Shown here piece after piece: positions 1 to 9,891 of a stretch of 64,000 bases of DNA. The notes below the pieces were generated by a model. That model saw only the letters and a list, made by a program, of their open reading frames with translations, was not told the origin of the DNA and did not search any database. The first letter of the stretch is position 1, and each line of letters begins with the position of its first letter. Source of the stretch: Nitrospirota bacterium (GTDB lineage: Bacteria > Nitrospirota > Thermodesulfovibrionia > Thermodesulfovibrionales > JdFR-88); assembly GCA_021789215.1 (NCBI GenBank), contig JAJYJS010000003.1:49828-113827 (forward strand). Reading direction: 5' to 3'. The position numbers and the translations under genes were made by a program.

Positions 1-119
1 GCCCCGCCAAGAAGCAGGGTTTGGGGTTCATCGGAGTAAATCCTTGTCCAGACGGCCCTGCCTTTGAGCGGCGGCAGGCCGGCAAAAGGGGTGGGGGCCA
101 GCTTTAAAAAACCCACTGC

Positions 120-587
120 CTAAGCCTTGCGCTTGCTCTCGAACAGTGTCTTCACTTCGTCCATAAGCTCGTTTATGTCCTTGAACTGCCTGTAAACGGA
201 GGCAAACCTCACGTAGGCCACCTTGTCCAGTTCCCTGAGGGCGTTCATCACTTCCTCTCCGACCACGCTGCTTGGGACCTCTTTCGCGCCCATCACAAGT
301 ATCGACCTCTCGATGGCGTTCACGACCTCCTCCCGCTGCTCCATCGGGACAGGCCTCTTCTCGCACGCCTTCTCAAGCCCGTGCAGTATCTTCTGCCTGT
401 CGAAGGGCTCCCGCCTGCCGTCCTTCTTCACGACAAGCGGCATCACCTCTTCTATTCTTTCATATGAGGTGAAGCGTTTTTCGCATTTCAGGCACTCGCG
501 GCGGCGGCGTATGACGTCGCCCTCCCTGCTCGTCCTTGAGTCTATGACCTTGTCTTCAATATGGCCGCAGAAGGGGCACTTCATCAA
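120..587 (-). CDS. nrdR: Transcriptional repressor NrdR (zinc ribbon + ATP-cone)
   Basis: 155-aa ORF. The N-terminal MKCPFCGH...[12 protein letters not shown] zinc ribbon followed by an ATP-cone-like region is the canonical NrdR layout. The start overlaps the glyA stop by 4 nt. Confidence 0.9.
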   Translation of the reverse strand: MMKCPFCGHIEDKVIDSRTSREGDVIRRRRECLKCEKRFTSYERIEEVMPLVVKKDGRREPFDRQKILHGLEKACEKRPVPMEQREEVVNAIERSILVMGAKEVPSSVVGEEVMNALRELDKVAYVRFASVYRQFKDINELMDEVKTLFESKRKA

Positions 588-1822
588 TAAACCGGGAAGC
601 GGTTTGTAAGCTCTTTCACCTTGCCGCGGATGGCCTTCAGTCTGTCCTCGTCATCCCTTGCGTTCAGGGCGTCGTCTATGTACTGGCCTATAAGCGCCAT
701 CTCCTGCTCGCCCATGCCACGGGTCGTAACGCACGGGGTGCCCAGCCTTATCCCGCTCGTGATGGTGGGAGGCTGGGGGTCGAAGGGTATGGTGTTTTTA
801 TTGACGGTGATGCCGGCCTTGTCGAGCGCCACCTCGGCGATTTTCCCGGTCAGCCCCTTGTTGGTGAGGTCTATGAGCACCAGGTGGTTGTCCGTGCCGC
901 CCGAAACCAGTTTGTAGCCCTTCGCCTTCAGCTCGCTGGCAAGTTTTTTGGCGTTCTTTACGACGTTGCCCTGATATTCCCTGAAACCAGGCTCAAGGGC
1001 CTCCTTCATTGCCACGGCCTTTGCCGCTATGACGTGCACGAGCGGCCCGCCCTGGATGCCCGGGAAGATCATCTTGTCTATGGCCTTTGCGTACTCCGCC
1101 TTGCACATGATAAGCCCGCCCCTGGGGCCGCGGAGGGTCTTGTGGGTAGTGGTCGTCACGAAGTCCGCGTAGGGCACTGGCGAGGGGTGCAGCCCGGCGG
1201 CGACAAGCCCCGCGATATGGGCGATGTCGGCAACCAGGTAAGCGCCCACCGAGTGCGCTATCGCATGGAACTTCTCGAAATCTATTGTGCGAGGGTACGC
1301 GCTTGCCCCGGAAAGTATGAGCCTCGGCCTGTGCTCCTCCGCAAGCCTCCTCACCTCGTCGTAGTCTATCTGTCCGGTCTCCCTGCTCACGCCATAAGCT
1401 ATCGTGTTGTAGTAGATGCCGGAAAAGTTCGCCGCCGCGCCGTGGCTCAGGTGCCCGCCGTGGCTCAGGCTCATGCCCAGGATGGTGTCATGCGGCTTCA
1501 AAAAAGCAAAGTAAATGGCCATGTTGGCCTGCGTGCCCGAATGGGGTTGAACATTCACGTGCTCCGCGCCAAAGAGCCGCTTTATCCTCTCGACTGCAAG
1601 CCCTTCTATCCGGTCCGCGAACTCGCAGCCGCCGTAATACCTCCTGCCGGGGTAGCCCTCCGCGTATTTGTTGGTGAACACCGAGCCCTGGGCCTCCATG
1701 ACAGCCCTGCTCGCATAGTTTTCCGACGCGATAAGGAGGAGCTTTTCGCGTTCGCGCTCCGCCTCCTGCTCTATCGCTTCAAAAACGTCCGGGTCCGAGT
1801 CCTTAAGCCTGCTGGTGAGCAT
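584..1822 (-). CDS. glyA: Serine hydroxymethyltransferase
   Basis: 412-aa ORF, full length, with the SHMT PLP-lysine motif [15 protein letters not shown] and ASENY / [11 protein letters not shown] motifs. Confidence 0.95.
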   Translation of the reverse strand: MLTSRLKDSDPDVFEAIEQEAEREREKLLLIASENYASRAVMEAQGSVFTNKYAEGYPGRRYYGGCEFADRIEGLAVERIKRLFGAEHVNVQPHSGTQANMAIYFAFLKPHDTILGMSLSHGGHLSHGAAANFSGIYYNTIAYGVSRETGQIDYDEVRRLAEEHRPRLILSGASAYPRTIDFEKFHAIAHSVGAYLVADIAHIAGLVAAGLHPSPVPYADFVTTTTHKTLRGPRGGLIMCKAEYAKAIDKMIFPGIQGGPLVHVIAAKAVAMKEALEPGFREYQGNVVKNAKKLASELKAKGYKLVSGGTDNHLVLIDLTNKGLTGKIAEVALDKAGITVNKNTIPFDPQPPTITSGIRLGTPCVTTRGMGEQEMALIGQYIDDALNARDDEDRLKAIRGKVKELTNRFPVY

Positions 1823-2270
1823 CTTTGCTTTTCTTTCCTTCTATATTGAAAATTTTATCCAGACGGAGCTTGTGCCTGCCGCCCTCGAAAGGCGTTTCGA
1901 GCCATATCTCCACAATCTCTCTGGCCATGACAGGGCCTATCATCCTGCCGCCAAGCACGAGTATGTTGGCGTCGTTGTGCTGTCTGCTCAAGCGCGCGCT
2001 CAAGGGTTCGCTGCAAAGGGCCGCCCTGATGCCCGCAAACTTGTTCGCCACTATGCTCATGCCTATGCCGGTGCCGCAGATGAGGATGCCCTTCTCGGCC
2101 TTCCCGCCCGCAACAAGCCCGGCGACCCGCTCCCCGTAGTCCGGGTAATCCACCGATTCCGGCCCGAATGGCCCCATATCGGTGAAATCCAGTCCTCTTT
2201 CCTTGAGGTAGGCTGTTATCTCCTGCTTGAGCGAAACCCCGGCGTGGTCCGAACCTATCGCAATCGTCAT
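1803..2270 (-). CDS. rpiB: Ribose-5-phosphate isomerase B
   Basis: 155-aa ORF with the RpiB/LacAB pattern [11 protein letters not shown]...[13 protein letters not shown]...LGGR. It overlaps the glyA start, so the operon is rpiB-glyA-nrdR. Confidence 0.9.
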   Translation of the reverse strand: MTIAIGSDHAGVSLKQEITAYLKERGLDFTDMGPFGPESVDYPDYGERVAGLVAGGKAEKGILICGTGIGMSIVANKFAGIRAALCSEPLSARLSRQHNDANILVLGGRMIGPVMAREIVEIWLETPFEGGRHKLRLDKIFNIEGKKSKDAHQQA

Positions 2271-2400
2271 GGTTTGTTATGATAAATGAGTTTAAAACCC
2301 TTAGTCAATGAGCCGGAAGAAGATTTTTTCCAGCTTGCACGCCCCTGATTGCCTGCCAACCGTTCAATACTTTTTAGTTTGCCGGATACATACATATGGT

Positions 2401-2430
2401 TTGACAAAAAAACCGGCCAAATTTTATATT
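2401..2430 (+). promoter_or_regulatory. Sigma70-like promoter candidate upstream of the glutamate synthase genes
   Basis: TTGACA at 2401-2406, an 18-nt spacer and TATATT at 2425-2430, about 58 nt upstream of the ATG at 2488. Confidence 0.35.
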
Positions 2431-2487
2431 AGAAAACGGCCCGCGGCTTACCATGCCGTCCGGCAAAAAACAGGAGGTTTTTCGCTT

Positions 2488-3597
2488 ATGTGCCGTCTTG
2501 CCGCGATTACGGCATCGGAGTATTTTTCGCCCCTGGAGAACGTATATGCCCTGGAAACGATGAAAGAGGGGCATGACGGCTCCGGAATGGGCCTTATGCT
2601 GAAGGACTTGGGAGGGTTCGCCGAACCCCTGAAGGAATACCCCGTGCTCTCGGGTATCTGCTCCAACGACGGCCTCAAGCGCATCGAGGACTACATGCTG
2701 GCGCAGGGCTTCCGTGAGGTCCACATGTGGAACCCGGTAATAAAGCCCCTGCCGGGTGTCGATAAAAAAGACTGTTATTTCGCCAAGTTTTACGACTACC
2801 CGGTCTCTTATAAAGAAAAACCCTGGAAAGAAAAGGAGCTTCTGCTCCTTGGCACCAGGCTTGCACTGAGAAGGATGGGAGAGAGCGACGAGTCCATAGT
2901 GGTCTTTTCCTTCTACCCCGATGTGATAACGCTCAAAGAAGTGGGGGACCCCCTCCAGCTTGCGGAGTATTTCGGTCTGGACAGGGATGGTCTCAAGGCC
3001 AGGATCGTGCTTGCCCAGGGGCGGCAGAACACCAACTATGCCATAAATCTCTATGCCTGCCATCCGTTCTTCATTCAGGGCTTCGGCACCATGACAAACG
3101 GCGAGAACACGGCATTTGTGCCGATAAGGGAATACCTGATGAGCCGGGGCTTTCAGGGCTACACCGGCTACCAGAGCGACAGCGAGGTCTTCACGCACAT
3201 CCTCCACTACACGGTAAACCGGCTGGGGTTCCCGCTCCCCTATTACAAGCATATAATAACCCCGCTTAAACGGCAGGAGATGGAGGGCAGGCCCGACAGG
3301 GATGCGCTTCTGCTTATGAGGCAGTCCATGAGGATGCTGGTCATCGACGGCCCAAACTGTGTTATCGGCTTCACCCCGGACGGGACGTGCTTCATGGTGC
3401 AGGACTCCAAAAAGCTCCGCCCCGGCGCGGTGGGCGGCAGGAAGGGCAAGTATGCGCTCATGTCCGAGGAGTGCGGCATAGACAAGGCCGTTCCCGAAAG
3501 GGACAGGTCGGAGGACATATTCCCGATGAAATACGACATGGTCATCGTGTCTCCGGGCGCGCAGGAGGTAAAGGTTTGGAACCAACTGAAAAACTAG
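2488..3597 (+). CDS. Glutamate synthase, class II (Ntn) glutamine amidotransferase domain protein (split GltB domain 1)
   Basis: The ORF track starts at 2308. The internal ATG at 2488 gives MCRLAAI (catalytic Cys2 of Ntn amidotransferases) and is preceded by AGGAGG at 2473-2478. The size is typical of archaeal-type GOGAT subunits. Confidence 0.8.
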   Translation: MCRLAAITASEYFSPLENVYALETMKEGHDGSGMGLMLKDLGGFAEPLKEYPVLSGICSNDGLKRIEDYMLAQGFREVHMWNPVIKPLPGVDKKDCYFAKFYDYPVSYKEKPWKEKELLLLGTRLALRRMGESDESIVVFSFYPDVITLKEVGDPLQLAEYFGLDRDGLKARIVLAQGRQNTNYAINLYACHPFFIQGFGTMTNGENTAFVPIREYLMSRGFQGYTGYQSDSEVFTHILHYTVNRLGFPLPYYKHIITPLKRQEMEGRPDRDALLLMRQSMRMLVIDGPNCVIGFTPDGTCFMVQDSKKLRPGAVGGRKGKYALMSEECGIDKAVPERDRSEDIFPMKYDMVIVSPGAQEVKVWNQLKN

Positions 3598-5237
3598 ACA
3601 AGAACCATCAGCTCACGCTGAAGGAGTTCCCATATACAATAAGCTGGCGCGACGACCGTTGCACCCGCTGCGGCCAGTGTACGGCCGTCTGCCCGGTGAA
3701 GGCCATCGTGCCCGACGTCCGGGTGGAGCGCGTTGTAAGCTCCGAGGGAAGCCTGCCAGCCCCGAAGGTCTCAAGAAGGGTCGTGCAGGTCGTAAGACAG
3801 GTAAACGACATAGACCGCTACTGCACGGGCTGCGCCATGTGCCAGCTCGTCTGCCCCAATGCGGCCATAGAGCCCGAGTTCAACCCTAGCCACAAGTTCC
3901 TCCACTTCAAGAACAAGGGCGGAGACGCATACAAGCGCGGCGGCAGGCGGAACGACCCCTCCCCCTCGACGCTCGACCAGCTGAAGTTCACCCGCATATC
4001 GATGCTCACGGACCCGGCGCTGGATGCCGGAAGGCACGAGTTCCACCTGAGGACCTTCCTTGGAAGGATTCTGCCCCCGGAGTCCCTGCCGCTCAAAGCC
4101 GAGGACGGCAGGCTGGTGGTCGACAGGAAATCCGATGTATTTGTCCCTCCCGTAAGGGAGATATACCCCATAATGATAGGCAGCATGTCCGTTGGCGCGC
4201 TCTCCCCGCCCATGTGGGAAGGGCTCGCGATGGGCGTGGCGTACCTGAACGAGGAGCTTGGCATGCCCGTTGTGATGTGCTCGGGCGAGGGCGGAATGCC
4301 CCCGAGGCTCCTCAAGTCGCGTTTCCTGAAATATTACGTCCTCCAGATAGCCTCAGGCTATTTCGGGTGGGACGAGATAGTCCGCGCGCTTCCCAGCATG
4401 GTGGAAGACCCCGCGGCCATAGAGATAAAGTACGGGCAGGGCGCAAAACCCGGCGACGGGGGGCTCCTGATGTCCTACAAGGTGCTCAAGCTCATATCGA
4501 GCATCAGGGGCGTGCCGATGATGGTTGACCTGGCCTCCCCGCCAACGCACCAGACCAAGTACTCCATCGAAGAGGCCGTGGCCAAGATGATACAGTCCAT
4601 GTCCATGGCATGGGGTTTCAGGGTGCCCGTTTACCCGAAGATATCGGGGACCAAAACGGCAAAGGCCGTCCTCAACAACCTCGCCAGGAACCCCTTTGCC
4701 GCGGCGCTCTCGATAGACGGTGAAGACGGCGGCACCGGGGCGGCCTACAACGTCTCGATGGACAAGATGGGCCACCCGATAGCCTCCAACATAAGGGAGT
4801 GCTACCTTGACCTGGTTAAGCAGGGCAAGCAGAATGAGCTGCCCCTGATAGCGGCAGGCGGCGTCGGGAAAAAGGGAAATCTCGCGGCGAACGCCGCCGC
4901 GCTCATAATGCTGGGGGCCTCCGCGGTCTCGATAGGCAAGTACCTCATGCAGTCCACCGCCGACTGCCTGGGAGACGAGAACAACCGCTGCAACCTCTGC
5001 AACACGGGCAGGTGCCCAAGGGGCATCACCACGCAGGACCCGAAACTTTACAGAAGGCTCGATTCCTCAAAGGTGGCCGAGAGGCTCGTTGACGTGTTCA
5101 GGGCCGCCGATACGGAACTCAAGAAGATATTCGCTCCCCTGGGCAGGAGCACGGAGCTGCCCATAGGCATGTCCGACGGCCTGAGCGTGGCCGACAAGGC
5201 CATTGCCGAAAGACTGGGTATAAGCTATGTCTGCTAA
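3576..5237 (+). CDS. Glutamate synthase FMN-binding domain protein with N-terminal 2x[4Fe-4S] ferredoxin domain (split GltB domain 2)
   Basis: CTRCGQCTAVCP and CTGCAMCQLVCP ferredoxin motifs are followed by GltS FMN-domain motifs (MSxGALS-like GSMSVGALSP, SGEGG, KYGQGAKPGDGG, GGTGAA). The start is inferred as TTG 3576, 7 nt after AGGAGG at 3563-3568. The ORF is open from 3387, so the start is uncertain. Confidence 0.8.
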   Translation: MEPTEKLDKNHQLTLKEFPYTISWRDDRCTRCGQCTAVCPVKAIVPDVRVERVVSSEGSLPAPKVSRRVVQVVRQVNDIDRYCTGCAMCQLVCPNAAIEPEFNPSHKFLHFKNKGGDAYKRGGRRNDPSPSTLDQLKFTRISMLTDPALDAGRHEFHLRTFLGRILPPESLPLKAEDGRLVVDRKSDVFVPPVREIYPIMIGSMSVGALSPPMWEGLAMGVAYLNEELGMPVVMCSGEGGMPPRLLKSRFLKYYVLQIASGYFGWDEIVRALPSMVEDPAAIEIKYGQGAKPGDGGLLMSYKVLKLISSIRGVPMMVDLASPPTHQTKYSIEEAVAKMIQSMSMAWGFRVPVYPKISGTKTAKAVLNNLARNPFAAALSIDGEDGGTGAAYNVSMDKMGHPIASNIRECYLDLVKQGKQNELPLIAAGGVGKKGNLAANAAALIMLGASAVSIGKYLMQSTADCLGDENNRCNLCNTGRCPRGITTQDPKLYRRLDSSKVAERLVDVFRAADTELKKIFAPLGRSTELPIGMSDGLSVADKAIAERLGISYVC

Positions 5238-7575
5238 GAAAGAAAAAACCATATACGGGAACATTGAAGGGCAAAGGGTCCCCTCCCGCATACTTGAGGA
5301 GCAGGTCCAGGAGGCCGTGAAAAACGGGGCCAGGGAACTGCACGTCGTGGCGGACGGCCAGCACGGCATAGGGGGCCGCATCTGGCCCCGCGAAAGCGCC
5401 GTGCGCCTTAGGGTCGAGGGCCCCGTGGGCCAGAGGCTTGGCAGCATGGGCATGGAGGGCACCGAGATAGTCGTCAATGGCGGCGTCTCCGACGACGTGG
5501 GCTGGATAAACTGCGGCGCAAGGATAACCGTGCTTGGCGACGTGACAAACGGCGCGCACAACGCGGCCGCCCAGGGCGTCCTTTACGTGCAGGGAAGCGC
5601 CGGGGCGCGCTCCGACACCCTCACGAAGCACAACCCGAGGTTCGCCCCCCCGCAGTCCTGGTATTTCAGGAACGTGGGGGACTCCTTCGCGGAGTTCAAG
5701 GCGGGCGGCATCTCGGTAATCTGCGGCGTGGAGCCCAGGAACCCGGACAACATACTTGGCTACCGTCCGTGCGTCGGCATGGTGGGCGGCGTCATATACT
5801 TCAGGGGGCCCATCCAGGGCTACAGCGCGGGCGACGTGAGGCTTGCGGAGCTTACCCCGGAGGACTGGCAATGGCTCAAGGACAACATGAAACCCTATCT
5901 GGAGGCCATCCAGCGCAAAGAATATTACAAGGAACTCACAAAAGACATAAACGACTGGCGCAAGTTCGTGGCCCATACCCCCCAGGAAAAAGCCAAACTC
6001 AAGAAAGTGAAGGTGGCCGTGGGGGATTTCGCAAAAGACGTCTGGGAGAAAGAGGTCGGCGAGGGCGGCATATTCGCCCCCTACCTGAACCACGAGCGGT
6101 CGCTCCTTCCCTACATAACGACGGGCGAAAACAGGCGCAACAAGCCCGTATGGGCCAACGGCAAATACAGCCCGCCCTGCGCCTACAACTGCCCCACGCA
6201 TATCCCGACCCACAAGCGGACTGCCCTTATAAGGGAAGGGAAGCTGATGGAGGCCCTGGAGCTTGTGCTGGAATACAGCCCGCTGCCGGCGACGGTCTGC
6301 GGCCAGATATGCCCCAACCTCTGCATGCAGAGCTGCACAAGGGGCATCATCATGGACTCCCCGCTCAGGATAAACCAGCTCGGAAGCCTTTCTCTTTCCG
6401 TGAAGGCGCCGAAACCCGCCAAAAAGACGGGCCACAGGATAGCCGTGATAGGCGGCGGCCCGGCCGGGCTCTCCGCGGCCTGGCAGCTCGCGCTGAAAGG
6501 CCATTCCGTTGACCTCTACGAGGCAGAGGAAAAGCTCGGCGGCAAGCTGGAGCTTTGCATACCGCGCGAAAGGCTCCCGCAGGCGGTGCTTTCCGCGGAG
6601 CTTGCAAGGTTCGGACAGTCCGGAGTGAAAATCCATCTGAAGAGCCGCATCGACCGGAAGAAGTTCGAGAAGATATACAAGGACCACGAGGCCGTCATAG
6701 TGGCCTGCGGGGCGCACCAGCCCAGGATGATAAAATTCGAGGGCTCCGAATCGGCTGTCTCCGCCTACGAGTTCCTGCGCGGGGTAAACACGGGCAAGAT
6801 GCCCTCCGTAAAGGGCAGGGACGTGGTTGTCATCGGCGCGGGCAACGTGGGCATGGATGCGGCCACGCAGGCGTTCCGCTGCGGCGCGGCCTCCGTTACC
6901 GCCGTTGACGTGCAGAAGCCCGCCGCCTTCGGCAAGGAAATGGAGACGGCCGCCGCGCTCGGCACGAAGATACTCTGGCCAAGGCTCACCCGGAAGTACG
7001 ACAGGAAGGCCGGGACCATATACTTCCAGGACGGCTCCACTCTGAAGGCCGATGCCGTTATCATTGCCATAGGCGAGACTCCCGTGGTGGATTTCCTGCC
7101 CGCGTCGATAGACCGCGACAAAAACGGCTGGGTGCGCGTGGACGAGCTTGGAAAGACCACAGACCCCAAAGTACTGGCCATAGGCGACGCCACGAGGCCC
7201 GGCCTTGTGACCCACGCGATAGGCCACGGCAGGGAAGCCGCCGATGTCATCCACTCCGGGCTGATGCACTACGACAGGATGCCCGAGGTAAAAAACCAGA
7301 TTCCCTATGAGCGCATAAAGACCGTCTATTACGAGGCGTGCAGGGGCAGCGAACCCGCGTATAACCCCGAAACGGACGCCAACAGGTGCCTGTCCTGCGC
7401 CTCCTGCCGGGACTGCCATATGTGCGAGAACGTCTGCTACTGGGGGGCCATCTCCAGGGTGGAAAAACCGGACGGCGGCTTCGAGTACGTGGTGGACGAC
7501 GAAAAATGCATCGGCTGCGGGTTCTGCGCTGGCATATGCCCATGCGGCATCTGGGAAATGACGGAAAACGTCTAA
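5227..7575 (+). CDS. Fusion protein: GltB GXGXG (domain 3) + GltD-like NAD(P)H/FAD oxidoreductase + C-terminal 2x[4Fe-4S] ferredoxin
   Basis: The N-terminus has repeated GXGXG-type beta-helix motifs (GQHGIGG, VNGGVSDDVGW, GDVTNGAHNAAAQG). The middle has the GltD Fe-S region (CGQICPNLCMQSCTRG) and a Rossmann motif (IAVIGGGPAGLSAA). The C-terminus has CLSCASCRDCHMCENVC and CIGCGFCAGICPC. The start overlaps the upstream stop by 11 nt. Confidence 0.8.
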   Translation: MSAKKEKTIYGNIEGQRVPSRILEEQVQEAVKNGARELHVVADGQHGIGGRIWPRESAVRLRVEGPVGQRLGSMGMEGTEIVVNGGVSDDVGWINCGARITVLGDVTNGAHNAAAQGVLYVQGSAGARSDTLTKHNPRFAPPQSWYFRNVGDSFAEFKAGGISVICGVEPRNPDNILGYRPCVGMVGGVIYFRGPIQGYSAGDVRLAELTPEDWQWLKDNMKPYLEAIQRKEYYKELTKDINDWRKFVAHTPQEKAKLKKVKVAVGDFAKDVWEKEVGEGGIFAPYLNHERSLLPYITTGENRRNKPVWANGKYSPPCAYNCPTHIPTHKRTALIREGKLMEALELVLEYSPLPATVCGQICPNLCMQSCTRGIIMDSPLRINQLGSLSLSVKAPKPAKKTGHRIAVIGGGPAGLSAAWQLALKGHSVDLYEAEEKLGGKLELCIPRERLPQAVLSAELARFGQSGVKIHLKSRIDRKKFEKIYKDHEAVIVACGAHQPRMIKFEGSESAVSAYEFLRGVNTGKMPSVKGRDVVVIGAGNVGMDAATQAFRCGAASVTAVDVQKPAAFGKEMETAAALGTKILWPRLTRKYDRKAGTIYFQDGSTLKADAVIIAIGETPVVDFLPASIDRDKNGWVRVDELGKTTDPKVLAIGDATRPGLVTHAIGHGREAADVIHSGLMHYDRMPEVKNQIPYERIKTVYYEACRGSEPAYNPETDANRCLSCASCRDCHMCENVCYWGAISRVEKPDGGFEYVVDDEKCIGCGFCAGICPCGIWEMTENV

Positions 7576-7623
7576 AACAACTTAAAATAAAACAAAAGAA
7601 GCAAAAACAAATAAAAACCAAAT

Positions 7624-7651
7624 AAAAAGGGGTCAGATTTGCCCCCTTTTT
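7624..7651. terminator. Bidirectional intrinsic terminator candidate between convergent genes
   Basis: aaaaaGGGGtcagatttgCCCCCttttt: a GC stem flanked by an A-run and a T-run, lying between the convergent genes ending at 7575 (+) and 7726 (-). Confidence 0.5.
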
Positions 7652-7680
7652 GAATCCCCCGTCTTTTTAAACCGCCTCTT

Positions 7681-7716
7681 TTCCCCTCGCCCTCCGGGAG
7701 AGGGGCAGGGATGAAG
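7681..7716. repeat. Small GC-rich palindromic element, family C, copy 1
   Basis: ttCCCCTCgccCTCCgGGAGaGGGGcagggatgaag. Its reverse complement shares tcatccc...gcccctctc-loop-ggag/gagg with the element at 26141-26198. Confidence 0.4.
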
Positions 7717-7725
7717 ACGTCTTTT

Positions 7726-9873
7726 TCAGTTGCCCGAACGTATCCCGCTGTCCAGGGCCTCTCTCACTGCAAGCAGAAGCTTGCCCCCGCTGAAAGGCTT
7801 TCTTAAAAAAACGGCCGGCTTGTGGTCCTCCGGGTCCGCGTTGAACCCCGTTATCGCGATTATCTTTGCCATCGGGTTCACCGCCGTTATTCCCTCTATC
7901 AGCTCCCTGCCGTTAAGGACCGGCATCAGCATATCGGTTATCACCAGGCTTATTTTGTTGTGGTTCTCCTGGTAAAGCCTCAGCCCCTGGACGGAGTTGT
8001 CCGTTGCAATCACCTTGAACCCCCTGGCCTTGAGGGTCTCCTTGATGAACTCCAGCACAGGGGATTCGTCGTCTATGGCGAGGATGGTCTCGTCGCCGGT
8101 CACCCATTCGCCTGAGGGCTCTTCCACCCGGCCCGGCCGGTCCGAAACCGGCAGGTACACATTGAAGACGGTCCCCTCGCCAAGCCTGCTACTCACGGTT
8201 ATGTAGCCCTTGTGCTCCTTTACTATGCCGTAAACCATCGCGAGGCCAAGCCCCGTGCCCTTGCCCTTCTCCTTGGTGGTGAAGAAGGGCTCGAATATGT
8301 GCGAGAGGTGCTCCTCCGCTATCCCCTTTCCGGTGTCCGAGACGGTGATGTTCACATAAGTGCCGCGCTCCACCTGGGCATCGATGGCGAGGCCCCTGGG
8401 GCCAAGCTCCATGAGAGATGTGCTTACCTTGAGGGTCCCTTTTTCGGGCATTGCGTCCCTCGCGTTTATTATCAGGTTCATTATCACCTGCTCCATTTGC
8501 GTCACGTCGCCCGACACGGCCGGGATGCGCTCCTCCAGGTTTTTTTCGATCTCTATGTGCGAGGGGATGAGCCTGGACATCATCTCAAGCGTGTCGTTTA
8601 TGACCTTGTTTATATCGAAGGGGACCGGCTCGAAATTTCCCCTCCTCGCGAAGCTGAGGAGCTTTGAGACCATCTGGGCGGCCTGCCGCGAGACCTTCTC
8701 TATGATCCTTACCTTGCTGAGGACGGACTCGCTTACGTCCTCCTGGTGGAGGATTATCTCCGCAAACCCCAGGATGGAGGTGAGGATGTTATTGAAGTCG
8801 TGCGCGATGCCGCCCGCAAGCTGGCCGATGGAGTCCATCTTCTGGGAATGCATCAGCTGGGCCTGCATCTTCTTCTTGTCCGTGATGTCGCGGCAGAAGG
8901 ACTGTATGAGCTTGTTGTCCTCCACCTCTATCAGTTTGGAAGTTACCTCAAGCGAGACCCTGCTGCCGTCCTTCCTGTAATGGGTGGTCTCGTAGAGGAG
9001 CGGCTCGCCTTTGATGACGCGGACCATTTTCTGGCTGAACCGCGTCCTGTCCTCGCCGGTCTCAAGCAGCGCGATATTGGTGCCGATAAGGGAGTTCCGG
9101 TCAAACCCGTGGATCTCACACAGCGCCCTGTTGAGGTTGAGGATGGTGCCTTTCGGGTCCGTGATAAGGATGCCGTCCTGCGCGTTCTCGAAAAGCGACC
9201 TGAACATTATCTCGGACTTGTTCATCTCCCTCGTCCGCTCCTCCACGAGCTGCTCCAGCCGCGTGGAATAGACCGCAAGCTGCTGCTTTTCCTTGTCGAG
9301 GTCGTACTGGAGACTGTACGTATTGATAAGGACCTTTTGACTCAGCGTGCGCCACACGAGAGCAATTATAAAGGTCGCAATAAAAAAAGCGTTGTTGCTC
9401 ACAAAAGCAGAATAGTTGGTAATTGTATCAAAAAAGTAAATGGGAACCAGGTAAATCAGGTAGATTAGACCCGCACAGACAAGCGATATTGTTAAATTTA
9501 ACGGGACAAACCCCAAAACGCAAATAACCAGCAGATTAAGTCCAGCGTAATAAGGTGAAGTATGCCCCCCCAGCCTCAGAATCATATATTCGATAACTGA
9601 GGCTGAAAGCACTACGGCAGTGACAATTACTGTGTAAACATTAGCCTTGTTTTTCCATTTCTTGAAAAAAAATTTGTTCCAGAAAAAAATGGAAATGAGG
9701 ACTGCGGTAATAGCCATCCTCAATACAAAAAAGTCGCCAAAATATTTTAGACTAACGAAATAGTCCATCAGCCCCAACATCAAAAACAGCACAGAACCCA
9801 GAATGAGAATAATATTGAACCAATAATATGTGAGATTCAGCAGGTGGTCTTTTATATACTCTTCTTTTCTCAT
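7726..9873 (-). CDS. Hybrid sensor histidine kinase (multi-TM sensor, PAS, HisKA, HATPase, receiver)
   Basis: 715-aa ORF with about 6 N-terminal hydrophobic helices and a PAS region. It has an H-box ([11 protein letters not shown]), an N-box ([10 protein letters not shown]), G-boxes ([15 protein letters not shown]) and a C-terminal receiver (ILAIDDE...VITDMLMP). Confidence 0.85.
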   Translation of the reverse strand: MRKEEYIKDHLLNLTYYWFNIILILGSVLFLMLGLMDYFVSLKYFGDFFVLRMAITAVLISIFFWNKFFFKKWKNKANVYTVIVTAVVLSASVIEYMILRLGGHTSPYYAGLNLLVICVLGFVPLNLTISLVCAGLIYLIYLVPIYFFDTITNYSAFVSNNAFFIATFIIALVWRTLSQKVLINTYSLQYDLDKEKQQLAVYSTRLEQLVEERTREMNKSEIMFRSLFENAQDGILITDPKGTILNLNRALCEIHGFDRNSLIGTNIALLETGEDRTRFSQKMVRVIKGEPLLYETTHYRKDGSRVSLEVTSKLIEVEDNKLIQSFCRDITDKKKMQAQLMHSQKMDSIGQLAGGIAHDFNNILTSILGFAEIILHQEDVSESVLSKVRIIEKVSRQAAQMVSKLLSFARRGNFEPVPFDINKVINDTLEMMSRLIPSHIEIEKNLEERIPAVSGDVTQMEQVIMNLIINARDAMPEKGTLKVSTSLMELGPRGLAIDAQVERGTYVNITVSDTGKGIAEEHLSHIFEPFFTTKEKGKGTGLGLAMVYGIVKEHKGYITVSSRLGEGTVFNVYLPVSDRPGRVEEPSGEWVTGDETILAIDDESPVLEFIKETLKARGFKVIATDNSVQGLRLYQENHNKISLVITDMLMPVLNGRELIEGITAVNPMAKIIAITGFNADPEDHKPAVFLRKPFSGGKLLLAVREALDSGIRSGN

Positions 9874-9891
9874 TTTACCCCGCCCGGCAGT

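Noticed and set aside
28-366. 112-aa minus-strand ORF overlapping nrdR in another frame
   Set aside because: It is Arg/Gly-rich frame-shifted shadow sequence. The NrdR frame has the canonical zinc ribbon.
2308-2487. 60-aa N-terminal extension of the amidotransferase ORF
   Set aside because: Ntn amidotransferases need Cys directly after the initiator Met. ATG 2488 gives MC... and has a strong AGGAGG RBS. The upstream part overlaps the promoter-like region.
5119-7419. 766-aa ORF on the minus strand, antisense to the GXGXG-GltD-ferredoxin gene
   Set aside because: It is Arg/Gly/Ala/Pro-rich with no recognisable motif, which is typical of shadow ORFs in GC-rich DNA. The plus-strand product has unambiguous GltD and ferredoxin motifs.
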